A stretch of 63,070 bases of DNA, the filler included, from Octopus bimaculoides (taxonomy: Eukaryota), in the NCBI RefSeq assembly GCF_001194135.2. It is 5 parts of 5 records of this genome, joined end to end, with 100 filler letters (N's around TTAATTAATTAA, not from the genome) between each part and the next. Parts side by side here need not be neighbours in the genome. Positions count along the whole stretch, not along the records: positions 28,534 to 55,426 come from NC_068981.1; positions 55,527 to 58,238 come from NC_068997.1; positions 58,339 to 60,921 come from NC_068996.1; positions 61,022 to 63,070 come from NW_026309058.1; 1 more part is not named here. One strand, given 5' to 3'. Under the pieces are notes generated by a model. The model saw only the letters and a program-made list of their open reading frames with translations, did no database searches and was not told the DNA's origin. This document shows, one piece after another, positions 51,171-63,070 of this stretch. Position 1 is the stretch's first letter; each line of letters starts with the position of its first letter. Position numbers and translations under genes: made by a program.

Positions 51171-52704
51171 GAATTCTCTCCTCCAGACGGGCAAAACGGT
51201 CGGTTGCTTGTCAATCATTGGAATCTATAAAAGATTAGAGGTGGTCAAGAGCGACTATATCCTCATGGAGACTAGGCGTCGACAAAGATAAAATTAATAG
51301 TATATTCTTTATGACCTTTAGCCTGAGATCTATGGACAGTTTCTCGATATCCCAAGCTTGGCAGTGAGACCGAGAGGCATTGCTGGTTATTAACTGACCT
51401 GGAAATCCTGTAGACGACTGAAGATCATTCCGCCATCTTTCTTGATCAGGAAGGCAAGTAATTTTTTTCTGTCTGCTTGCTATTACGAAAGAGGTTGAGT
51501 AGTGGACAGTACTGAATGAACTGAGGGCAGTTACTTTCCTCTTCGATAAGTCCCCATCAACTTCCTCAAGCAACACTAGTAAAGGAAGGTAAGAGCGAAG
51601 GAGGAGGGGGAAATGCTGCATTGCAGTAAATTTGATGAAAGGCGAATAAAAATGGTAAAACTCGAATGAATGAACTTACTTTCAAAATGCACCTTTAAGT
51701 TGGTGAACGCAGCTAGTCGAGGGCACTTGCACTGAGCAGCAAGGGTAAACCTAGACCTGAAGGGTAACTAAATTGGTCCCAAGTGAATGTTCTCCTAGAG
51801 GCATGCTTCATCTCATTTCCTTTTGTATTGCATCTTCATATTTAATTCTATGTAACCCCTCCCTCCGTTTTTGCGATATCACCTATCTGTCAACCTTGTG
51901 GTGAGTCAAAGAACAATTATGAGTAATAATGTAGTAATTATGATTTACAACATGGACAAAATACAGAGAAGAAAAAGAGTTCCTCAACATATTGAGATAC
52001 CATTCCTGTATGTACTAGAAGGCTTCATAGTAATTTTAGTTTTTACTTTCAATTTTCATTGTCAGGAAACTTTGCTGTGTTGTTTATAGATGATGACTGC
52101 ATTGGTAGGGCTGCCGGCTGAAATTTACTTAACAAAGAGGTTAAGCAAACGATAGTTCAATCCACCTCAGAAAAGAGCGTTAGTCTTAAAGTTAAATACC
52201 CGACATAGCATTGACGCATTCCCAATAGTTATTTCAACTAAGCTGATTAAAATACACGCGAATCATCTAAAGTGGATTTAACTTAAGACTTGTGAGCTAG
52301 GGATCCAACAATTCACATATTCACTTACTTCCTGAGAAATTTATCAAGTTTCAGAGTCGCTGTTGGTCAGCTGGGATTGCCCACTAAATAAATATTCCAC
52401 AGTTTGTATAGTAATATTTCAATTCCAGTTTATAGAAGAAAAACTGCAGAAGTTTTTATATCCGTGACATGAAAATACTGGAACCCATGCTCAGTATGAA
52501 AATTATGCAATCATCTAATAAATAAAAGTTTTAATTGGCTACTTATTATCAGATTTTGGAACTAATAGGTTTATAACAACCTCGAACTTGATCAATTCAA
52601 AATGAAACTAAGTATAGAAATCAATACTTGTAAAGAAATATCATTCTGCTTGATGGAATGTGTCTTGATGATCTCAAAATAAACTGCATTCACTGTGTTA
52701 AACA

Positions 52705-52820
52705 ATGAAGCTATCATTGTCGCCTACGAAACTGTTCACGTGATAAACGAATATATGATGTCAAAATTTCCGGGAGAAGAAAACAGAATATATTTCACTC
52801 GACACTATTGTTAAGTAGCC
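52705..52820 (+). mobile_element. Possible Helitron PIF1-helicase remnant
   Basis: AIIVAYETVHVINEYMMSKFPGEENRIYF, then DTIV after a frameshift; resembles the Helitron helicase 'AIL.P.NE.V..INE......PGE...Y.S.DT' segment. Confidence 0.4.
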
Positions 52821-52940
52821 GTCAGTCAGAAATCCTATCAATTTATCCATCACCTATAAACAACACAGTAAAGTTTCCTGAATATGAAATCTGAACCTAA
52901 AATTAAGTTGAGGTAAAGTTTTCTGATACATACTCGATTG

Positions 52941-53084
52941 CACTGGCGTAGCTACACTGTGTGCTGTTCGGAGTGACTATTGAGTGCCCCCACTCCACAA
53001 CACAGCAGACACAAAAGTGCCACGCCTATAAAAGCGTCGCCCGAGAAGTGCCGTCTCCATCCCACCCCATTAGCTATGCTACTG
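52941..53084. mobile_element. Short hAT-type MITE of the CAGTGGCGTAGCTA family
   Basis: cactggcgtagctacactgtgtgc ... tagctatgctactg; matches the 41726 element ends; no TSD recovered. Confidence 0.6.
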
Positions 53085-53574
53085 CAACACTTGTATTCTA
53101 ATACATTGAAGAACTCTTCTTCTCATTTCGTCTATCTGTTGTACATTATGATAATTACTAATACTCGTTCCTTGATTTTCCACAAGGATACAGCTAAAGA
53201 AACATCAAAAGAACAAATTACAAAAATGGAGAGGATTTACATACAATTAATTATTATTCTGCGGCGTTTCTAAAACAGTCGCACGCTTCAAACCATTTTT
53301 TTCATATCATTTCAAAAAGGAATATAACATATCATTATTATTGAGATATCTTCAAAATGAACAGTTGCATAAACGCAGGGTGAAAGCAAAGTAAACCGTT
53401 GCACATTTTATACGATCAGTTCATTAAGGTGTCAAATGGAAAACGGAGAAATATTAGAGACAAAAATTGCTGTTCACCAGGAGCGTTCATATAATTTAGA
53501 TACATGGAAGTTAAGTTTCTTTTACGGGCGCAGACAGAAAACAAGGATGAAATAATTCTGTTCTTGTAAAGAAG

Positions 53575-53790
53575 GCAGCGAGTTGGCAGAATCGTTAGCA
53601 TGCCGGGCAATATGCTTAGCAGTATTTCATCCGTCTTAACGTTCTGCGTTCAAATCCCGCCGAGGTCAACTTTGCCCTTCATCCTTTCAGGGTCGATAAA
53701 TTAAGTACCAGTTGAGCGCTAGGGTCGATGTAAACGATTTACCTTCTTCCCCGAAATTACTGACCTTGTGCCAAAATGTGAAACCAATAT
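53575..53790 (+). mobile_element. SINE family A, full length, well preserved
   Basis: ggcagcgagttggcagaatcgttagcatgccgggcaatatgcttagc...ttcaaatcccgccgaggtcaactttgcc...ccttgtgccaaaatgtgaaacc. Confidence 0.9.
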
Positions 53791-54422
53791 ATGTTGTAAA
53801 GAATTGCTTTGTCTTATGTCTGGTACTGGAAAGAACAGGAAACAAAGATTCTTTTAGATAACGGCAAAAACTTCACTAACAATCTCAACAAAAAGATTTT
53901 GTAAGATTGCTTACTCTCTTTTCTATGTTTCTTAATGTTTAAATTTTATATCTCCCATTTGATATTGCTCCAAATCTGACTGATACTTTTATCTATCTAA
54001 CAACACTGCTTACATATAACGCATTATCTAAAAACCGTTCCTTGTCTCCGAAATGGTTACCAATTAAAACAACTTTCTGAGACAATTCGAAACTTATGGA
54101 GAGCAAAAAAAAAATAGAAGTGAAAAAGAAAATTATATAAAGAAACCAATTTGGCAGAAATATATGATGAAAATGTGTTACGTGTAATGCAGGAGAGGTT
54201 GTAAACGCTTCTATGAAATATTAGAAATATCTAAAGTGCAAAGATAGTCGTCTCGGGAAATCGGGGAAGTGGAAGAGATAAGAGAAGTTCAGACAGTTTA
54301 TTAGAAACTACAGTATTAAAATAGTAACATCGGCTTTTTTTTTTTTGTGTTTTCGTCTTAGCAAAAGCTGTTTGATTTACCGATTGATCCCGGAGTGTGA
54401 CAGCATTGTGAATATATAAATA

Positions 54423-54565
54423 TAGGCGCAGGCGTGGCTGTGCGGTAAGAAGCTCGCTTCCCAGCCACACGGTTCCGGGTTCAGTCCCACTGTGCAGCAC
54501 CTTGGGCAAATGTTTTCTACTATAGCCCAGCGCCGACCAAAGCCTTGTGAGTGTATTTGGTAGAA
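54423..54565 (+). mobile_element. SINE family B 5' half
   Basis: aggcgcaggcgtggctgtgcggtaagaagctcgcttcccagccacacggttccgggttcagtcccactg. Confidence 0.85.
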
Positions 54566-56470
54566 TAAACAAGGAAACCTCTACGCGATACCAGCCAAAA
54601 CCTCTCTAATGATGATAGGGAACACAGCATAATATAGTCCTAGAAAAACTATAGAAGAGAAAACGTGGGGACGGTCATGGTTGGAATGCGTTTGATCATA
54701 GGTTTCCTCGAGTGAAAAACTGATTTGAGTCGCAACAACGAACCTGATAAACGGTGGATGATAATCTTTTTATCGAGATTTTACATTGTATGCTTCATGT
54801 CGCTTACGCACATAGACGCACGTACACACGCAGCGCGCGCATACATATTCAGAACAAAATATGATCCAGTTATGATCATATTTATTACACTTAATACCCT
54901 GCTACTTGTCAGATAAGTATGTTTGGAGTTATACTTCATCTATTATGTAGAAATCTATTACTTTCTTTTCTATTTATTATTTTATTACTCATTAATACGA
55001 TTTATTCCCGAACATGTTAATAATTTTTAAGGAATGCACGATTTGTGTACAAAAACCCACACCGAAAGCCGGAAGAAAAACATCCAGCAAATTATATCGA
55101 AAGAAAATCATCCAGATCCTACTAAATACGCGCTAGACAAACAAACAGTTTGGTCGATAATTTAGGCGATATGGGCGTAGGTGTTATATCAGCACGTTAA
55201 AATGATATATGAACAAACCAAAATATGCAATGCTGAGACAGGCCACTCTATTTGTGGGCAGCACAAGTACTTCTTATACGAATCATACCAATACTGCTCC
55301 TTCAGAGTACGAACACTAGTAGCAGATCATATATATTTTTTTAGCATTTAGAGCTAAACGGCAGTAGTGTGTTCCCTTCTTGGGATTGTCACATTAAGTT
55401 GACAATACACTACAACTTTATATATTNNNNNNNNNNNNNNNNNNNNNNNNNNNNNNNNNNNNNNNNNNNNTTAATTAATTAANNNNNNNNNNNNNNNNNN
55501 NNNNNNNNNNNNNNNNNNNNNNNNNNATATATATATATATATATATATATACCATCGGAAAAATCAATGATCAATGCTGCTGTCAACTTGTTTCTGGGTA
55601 GAGGTGATGTAAGTACATAAATATATGAAAATTTACTTTCAAAGACACTTAAACATACACACTCACTTACACACACACATACACGCACACCCACACACAT
55701 AATGATTGATAGATTGATAGATAGATACATACATACTAACATACATACATGCATACATATCTGCGTACATACATGGAAACATACATACATACATACATAC
55801 ATACATACGCATACAAAACCAATCCAATTAGGGAAAGGTGTATTTTTTTCATGAAAATATGAAATAGCGTTGACTGTAATATAGAAGTGTACAACCTCAA
55901 ACTTTAATTAGTGCCTTTCCCATCATCTTCATCGTTATCATCATCATCAGTAACCACACCACTGCCACCACCACCACCAATACCATTACCATCATCATGA
56001 ACAACATTGCTAGCATCATCTGCAACAGCAACTGCAAAAAATTCAAGCTACCATTTTCACTACCCTGCACTAATTCATCCACGAACTCAATTATCCTTAA
56101 CGCAAAAACTATTAACACGAACGAGCTAACGAAGAGGTAATTACATGATCAAATCTCCAAGAAATAGCAGCCCAAATTTCCCTTAATTCAAAACTCGCAG
56201 TCTTAAAGAATGAAGAGCACATAGAGGAAATGTAGTCCTGAACATCCCTAAATAGTCGAGATGGTAACATTAACATCACCACCAATATCAACTCAACACC
56301 AACACCACTAACACCAATATCAACACCAACATTAACACCAAATAGAACAGGCAAACCTCCCTCAAATCACATCTTACTGCTTTAAATTGGACACATTTGA
56401 TAATATAATCCTAGATGTACTGTGCCTGAATAAAGGATAAAATGACAACAGATGGAATGCATTTAATTAT

Positions 56471-56633
56471 AGGCGCAGGAGTGGCTGTGTGGTAAGTAGC
56501 TTGTTTACCAACCACATGGTTCCGGGTTCAGTCCCACTGCGTGGCACCTTGGGCAAGTGTCTTCTACTATAGCCTCGGGTCGACCAAAACCTCGTGAGTG
56601 GATTTGGTAGACGGAAACTGAAAGAAGCCCGTC

Positions 56634-56703
<70 letters not shown>

Positions 56704-56904
56704 GTATGTGTGTGTGTTTGTCCCCCCAACTTCGCTTGACAACCGACGCTGGTGTGTTTACGTCCCCGTAACTTAGCGGTTCGGCAAAAGAGACCGATAG
56801 AATAAGTACTAGGCTTACAAAGAATAAGTCCTGGGGTCGATTTGCTCGACTAAAGGTGGTGCTCCAGCATGGCCGCAGTCAAATGACTGAAACAAGTAAA
56901 AGAG
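56471..56904 (+). mobile_element. SINE family B, intact reference copy with Pol III A/B boxes and central (TA)n(TG)n
   Basis: A-box-like tggctgtgtgg (56482), B-box-like ggttcagtccc (56525), (TA)~32, tail ending aaatgactgaaacaagtaaaagagta. Confidence 0.92.
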
Positions 56905-57300
56905 TATACGAGATCTTCTAGATTAGGGCTGATCTAGAAATAAGCAATTGAATCACAACAGGAGCAATAAGAACAGTAGAACTCGGGGTGCTTTTACGGG
57001 ATCGATGAAGCTGCGAGAAGCAGCAGCGGAAATCCCCCTCAATTGCATTCCCTGTCATCTTGAAAAAAGACAGTACATTATATAATGTAGCTCGAAGTAT
57101 ACTATTCCTTCTGGAATAAAACAATATGAGCACAGTTGGAATATCATAGACCTGCTAGAACAGAGTTGATCTGGAGCTAAATGTCAGCAACATCAACAGC
57201 AAGAGAAACACCTGAGGGCTTTACATGAGGGGCCCGCCATCCTTACCAAACTTGGCTGCCGTACGTGTTTTGGACGTCGTTTCGTGCGTGGTGAACTTAC

Positions 57301-57550
57301 CCCACTGGACGCGTGGCAATGTCCACTTTAAAAAACAGTACCGGCTCCGACTGCTCAGATGTACCCTCGATGGACTCGAATGAGTGTGGTAATCGATTGT
57401 GACACGTGTCTCGTGTCCGCGACTGAGGATTGCTATTGATGAGTTGCGGTGGGATTACAGGAAAGATGCGGTATCTCACTCGTGAGCAATCGAAAGATGC
57501 GTTATCCCACTCATGAGCAAGTGAAAGATGTAGTATCACAATCGCGAAAT
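57301..57550 (-). other. CpG-rich candidate exon on the minus strand ending in a consensus donor (GG|GTAAGT)
   Basis: Minus strand ...acgcgtccagtggg|gtaagttc; local CpG enrichment; open frame ..SEPVLFFKVDIATRPVG; 5' boundary undefined. Confidence 0.3.
57461..57547. repeat. 31-bp imperfect tandem repeat x~2.8 (gaaagatgcg..tatc.cactc.tgagcaa)
   Basis: Units start at 57461, 57492 and 57523. Confidence 0.85.
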
Positions 57551-58201
57551 AATTTCGAGAATTGCTAGCAATACTTTCCAGTCGTGTGTAGTTCCTTTAA
57601 TGGTAGCAGATAATACAAGGGAGATCACCACTTCTTCATAATATTTGTTGGGATTAAGAATTTTGAATTTAAAACCGAGGAATATGCTTAGGATTCATAC
57701 AAGATATTTTTGCTTACTTTTTGTTCACTTATCACTTATTACGAAGTTTTTAAATTTTCTCTCATTCAACACGCAATGTATGAGATTTACTGCTTCTGTT
57801 TACAATTCCATTCACTTTATTGTACAAAAGAGTCAATCAATGGTATATGCTGAGAAATCACGAACAATGGTTTGTTGCCATAAAAAAAAGTTATGTCTGA
57901 ATATTACTTTCGGTTAGAAATACTTGGCGACATTCGAGACATAATGTCGCCTTGGAACAAATCAAACACTCATACATCGCTCCGAACACATGTTACAATG
58001 AAGTAGAGAAATTTGAAAAGACAACACGAAACCAGTTATTTCTCCAAATACAATGTTTATATACCAAAAAAATTTTATAACATTTTTCTGACATAATTTA
58101 AATATATACTTTAACCATGTAACACAAGCCTTCTGTAGTTTTTCACTCTTATTATCTTTTATACATCCAACCACGTGCTTTCACATACCAACTTTCTCAC
58201 C

Positions 58202-58238
<37 letters not shown>

Positions 58239-58338
58239 NNNNNNNNNNNNNNNNNNNNNNNNNNNNNNNNNNNNNNNNNNNNTTAATTAATTAANNNNNN
58301 NNNNNNNNNNNNNNNNNNNNNNNNNNNNNNNNNNNNNN

Positions 58339-58386
<48 letters not shown>

Positions 58387-58533
58387 GTATGTATATAAAT
58401 ACATATATATATATACATATTGATATGCATATGTATATATATACATATATATGCATACATACATACATACATACAGACAGACAGACAGACAGACAGACAG
58501 ATATATACACATATACATGTACATATGTATATA

Positions 58534-59416
58534 CAGGGTGCAATGGGTAAATTGCTGCCATTGTATATTTCTAATTTTGCTCCTGCACATTGTTTGCTTT
58601 TGATTTTGTCAACTACACAGTCTAGTAGGGTCATTTGGGCACCATCTGTGAGAAAAACAGCACCGTGACACTACTCACTCTGCCAGATATTTGGAAATGA
58701 CAGGCTGTACTACTTGGCATTCACACCTGGAAGCTCCAATATGAACATTTCAGAGTGTTTGGGTGTCAATCTGAGGACTGTGCAATCTGAGGACATGTAC
58801 CAAGACTGATAAAAAGCAAACATCCAGTCAACATCATGGTGTTTGGATTGATCACTAGTGATGCCAATGTTATGCCTTCATTCATCTTCCCACGGCCTCA
58901 GACTCAACACAGAGGCCAACATCAAGTGCCTGGAGGAGGTAGTGCTGCTCTGGGTCAAGACAGTGGATGCTGGAAGACCCTATGTCTGATAACAAGATTC
59001 TGCATTATGCCACACAAGCAGAAGAACCCAGTCATGGCTGTCAGACAATTTCTGCACCCACATCACACACAATATCTGATCACCTAACTCCCCAAAATGC
59101 AACTCCCTTGATTATTATGTGTGGGGCACAGTTGAGTGAGAGACCAACAAAACTCCTTGTAACACACCAAAGATGAACTGAAGGCAAAGATTATGGCAGC
59201 CTTGACTAACTTAAAAAGGAGACTGTTCAGAAGAGGTGGAGGAGATTCTGAAGTCGTCTGGAAGCCATAGTTGAAGCCAATGGCGATTTTATAGAATAAA
59301 TTTACTCATTAGATGATGATGATGATGATGATGATTAGTATTTCAAGATATCTTTATGCAATTTTGATAAATATATCTGTTAAAATGAGATATCAGTGTT
59401 ATTTTCATTTTTGTGT
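58534..59416 (+). mobile_element. Internally deleted DD37D (maT-type) Tc1/mariner element
   Basis: TA|CAGGGTG start; KHPVNIMVFGLITSD; YV**QDSALCHTSRRTQSWL...SPNSPKCNSLDYYVWG with exactly 37 residues between the last two Asp; right end probably in the gap. Confidence 0.88.
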
Positions 59417-60419
59417 NNNNNNNNNNNNNNNNNNNNNNNNNNNNNNNNNNNNNNNNNNNNNNNNNNNNNNNNNNNNNNNNNNNNNNNNNNNNNNNNNNNN
59501 NNNNNNNNNNNNNNNNNNNNNNNNNNNNNNNNNNNNNNNNNNNNNNNNNNNNNNNNNNNNNNNNNNNNNNNNNNNNNNNNNNNNNNNNNNNNNNNNNNNN
59601 NNNNNNNNNNNNNNNNNNNNNNNNNNNNNNNNNNNNNNNNNNNNNNNNNNNNNNNNAATTGTAGTGTAGTTGGCTGTGTATACCACAGATACATGCACCC
59701 TAAATATAATTACTCAAGCAGAATCGACTTGATATAATGTATGACATGGCTGGGCATTTCAATTATGGTTATGGTCAAGCAAGTGCTGGGTCAACCATTA
59801 AGCAAAATAAGTACATACTTAGGGCATCAATGGAAGGTAGGGGTAGCACAGAAATGGTAAATAGTTTATGGTACAAAAGAAATAATTTTAGCATTGCTAA
59901 GATAATATTCAAAGTGGATTACATAACAAGGAATATAATTTTGGAGTGTTCAAAGTGTCATAGTAAAGATCTGGTCAAAGACTTTGCAATTAAAATGGAG
60001 AAATTTTTCAAATACAAATGAAGTAGAAGTATACAAAAATAAACCTCATTTCCCATTTAACAGTTAGTTTTGCTTCATCTTAAAAATTAAAATTTATTTC
60101 ATTGTTTATTATTGTTTATATTTTGAATACAGAGGCACCAAAATCTTTTAAGTGCTTAGGATTTCTATGGATATTAATTTGGCATTGAGTTGATTCAACA
60201 GGCTTCAACATAATGAGATTTGATCCAAGAACTTCTGATTGTGAAATGAAATTAGTTACTCAGTCATGCCTGTGCCCAGGTTCATACATATTTATACACA
60301 TCCATACATACATGATGGGTCTAAACGATCATGGTGGTTCTGAATAAAGTGTCTCATATATATATATATATATATACATATATATACCACAACATTGTCT
60401 CCTTCATTGGACATGAAAC

Positions 60420-60818
60420 TCAGCTTGCAAAGATCTGTTGGGGCAAGCAAAAGCGAAATCATGATGACACCTGTGCCCAGCGTCGCCTTTCTGGCACTTG
60501 TGCCCATGGAAAGTGTAAGGACTTTCGAGCAAGATCGTTGCAAGTGCCGCTGGACTGGCTCTTGTGTGGGTGGCACATAAAATACACCACTTTGAGCATG
60601 GCTGTTGCCAGTACCGCCTGACTGGCCTTCGTGCCGGTGGCATGTAAAAGCACTCACTACACTCTCGGAGTGGTTGGCATTAGGAAAGGCATCCAGCTGT
60701 AGAAACTCTGCCAAATCAAATTGGAGCCTGGTGTAGCCATCTGGTTCACCAGTCCTCAGTCAAATCGTTCAACCCATGCTAGCTTGGAAAGCGGATGTCA
60801 AACGATGATGATGAACGA
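60420..60818 (+). mobile_element. Retroposon family E (RTE-like 3' tail) ending in (GAT)n
   Basis: gtggttggcattaggaaaggcatccagctgtagaaactctgcc...aacccatgctagcttggaaagcggatgtcaaacgatgatgatg. Confidence 0.75.
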
Positions 60819-60827
60819 TGATGATAT

Positions 60828-60878
<51 letters not shown>

Positions 60879-61021
60879 CATTTATAATGCATATATGTAT
60901 ATATATATATGTGTAGTATATNNNNNNNNNNNNNNNNNNNNNNNNNNNNNNNNNNNNNNNNNNNNTTAATTAATTAANNNNNNNNNNNNNNNNNNNNNNN
61001 NNNNNNNNNNNNNNNNNNNNN

Positions 61022-61881
61022 ACCCTTAACCGTGAAACGTCGTACCCAATTAACTAAAGGCAGGTTTGTTTGTACTCTTCTCTTCTGTTTTTTGTTCTGT
61101 GTGTACCATAAATATAGATATCAATTAGAGAAAAATGTGTAGTTTTGGAATCAGTAGTTCTTTGGCTGCTATTTCTGAATTCTCAGTATGTTGGAGAAGC
61201 AGGATACTGCTAATCCCTATATATTTATGATTATAAATGGTGTAAGCGATAAGGTTTTTTCATACTGAGCTACCCGGCAAATTTGTTAATTATTAATTTT
61301 ATTACTAATTGACGATTCCCTGCCCTATATATCTATATGTTTAGTAATACCTCTAAGGTAGATAACTAAACCGCAACAAGTCGTACGGGACTTTTTTCTA
61401 TGCGGGACTATTTATGACACGCACTGAATTAAATTCATTGGGGTGAGAGATTTTAAACTCACTGGCCGATAAATTTCTTAATGTCTGCCTCACGTGTTCT
61501 TGATGTCACATGATCAGAATTAACGTGAGTTATTTAGACATTGGCAAATTTATTAGAATATTTGGCTGAAGATCGGAATGGGGTAATTCATACCCTTAAC
61601 CGTGAAACGTCGTACCCAATTAACTAAAGGCAAGTTTGTTTCTACTCTTCTCTTCTGTTTTTTGTTCTGTGTGTGCCATAAATATCGCTATCCATTAGAG
61701 AAAAAATTGTAGTTTGGAATCAGTAGTTCTTTGACTGCTATTTCTGAAATCTCAGTATGTTGGAGAAGCAGGATACTGCTAATCCCTATATATTTATGAT
61801 TATAAATGGTTTTACCGATAAGTTTTTTTCATACTGAGCTACCCGGCAAATTTTATTACTAATTGACGATTCCCTGCCCTA
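61022..61881. repeat. Direct duplication with 570-bp period (61022-61327 matches 61592-61881), bounded by gaps
   Basis: acccttaaccgtgaaacgtcgtacccaattaactaaaggc... repeated with scattered SNPs and a ~17-bp indel. Confidence 0.9.
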
Positions 61882-63036
61882 NNNNNNNNNNNNNNNNNNN
61901 NNNNNNNNNNNNNNNNNNNNNNNNNNNNNNNNNNNNNNNNNNNNNNNNNNNNNNNNNNNNNNNNNNNNNNNNNNNNNNNNNNNNNNNNNNNNNNNNNNNN
62001 NNNNNNNNNNNNNNNNNNNNNNNNNNNNNNNNNNNNNNNNNNNNNNNNNNNNNNNNNNNNNNNNNNNNNNNNNNNNNNNNNNNNNNNNNNNNNNNNNNNN
62101 NNNNNNNNNNNNNNNNNNNNNNNNNNNNNNNNNNNNNNNNNNNNNNNNNNNNNNNNNNNNNNNNNNNNNNNNNNNNNNNNNNNNNNNNNNNNNNNNNNNN
62201 NNNNNNNNNNNNNNNNNNNNNNNNNNNNNNNNNNNNNNNNNNNNNNNNNNNNNNNNNNNNNNNNNNNNNNNNNNNNNNNNNNNNNNNNNNNNNNNNNNNN
62301 NNNNNNNNNNNNNNNNNNNNNNNNNNNNNNNNNNNNNNNNNNNNNNNNNNNNNNNNNNNNNNNNNNNNNNNNNNNNNNNNNNNNNNNNNNNNNNNNNNNN
62401 NNNNNNNNNNNNNNNNNNTATATATATATATATAAAGAGAGAGAGAGAGAGAGACAGAGAGACAGAGACAGAGAGAGACAGAGAGGGGGGAGAAAGTGAG
62501 ATTAAAATGTTACATATGCGATATGAGATTTTTCTATTTCTCTCGTAGCATGTCCATCTAATACATATCGTCAGAAGAAAAAGTGCGATGTTGTAATAAG
62601 ATGGCAACGATTCTGATACTTCTAAATTTCCCAAAAGTACAGCTTGCATTGACAGCTTTGCCATTGATATTTTGCAACTACCATCTTTAATAATCAAGGC
62701 AAGACAACAACAGTAAATACTTCGAGAAGAAATCGGGAGATATTGAAAGAAAAAATAAATCCTTAGCTTTATATGTGATATATATTTCATACGTAACTAA
62801 AGGAGTGCTTAAAGACACAAACGTACGACAACAGTAGACAACACAGCTATTCTTAAATATACATAGTCAAATACATAGAAATATCCATCCATCCATACAT
62901 TCATCCATCCATCTATCGATATATACCTACATACAAATATATATACACACCTATGAATATATTTACATATAAGCGGTGCGTGCCACTAGATGTACTTGCA
63001 TGTACACACACACACACGCAGACACACACACACTCT

Positions 63037-63070
<34 letters not shown>

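Noticed and set aside
56482-56540. A-box/B-box sequence as a tRNA gene
   Set aside because: It continues directly into the SINE body and recurs in many decayed copies, so it is a tRNA-derived SINE head.
61190-61230. KQDTANP as a DTAG-like motif
   Set aside because: It lies inside the 570-bp duplication, with an upstream stop and no splice sites.

Overview
AT-rich, microsatellite-dense animal genomic DNA with about 7.8 kb of N-gaps (about 12%). The SINE families and repeat landscape look like an octopod cephalopod (inference from recognised repeat sequences, not from a search). Almost all entries in the ORF track are translations of microsatellites or gaps. The only host coding sequence I can support well is a 57-bp, phase-1/phase-1 exon (9627-9683, +) of a RERG/RASL11/RASL12-type small GTPase. 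A plausible upstream exon end (..VGKT|gtaag) lies at 433. I could not find the downstream exons, so most of the window may be intron or intergenic. The rest is decayed mobile DNA: Tx1-like and two restriction-like-endonuclease (R4/Dong-type) LINE fragments; mariner, DD37D/maT, Tigger/pogo and Merlin transposase remnants; hAT-, Tc1-, Tigger- and TTAA-flanked MITEs; Helitron traces; and more than 25 SINE copies. The most unusual structure is at 44161-46648: two ~1-kb diverged copies of one LTR-like unit in head-to-head orientation. Their CCAAT/E-box/TATA promoter cores are much better conserved than the rest and point away from each other.
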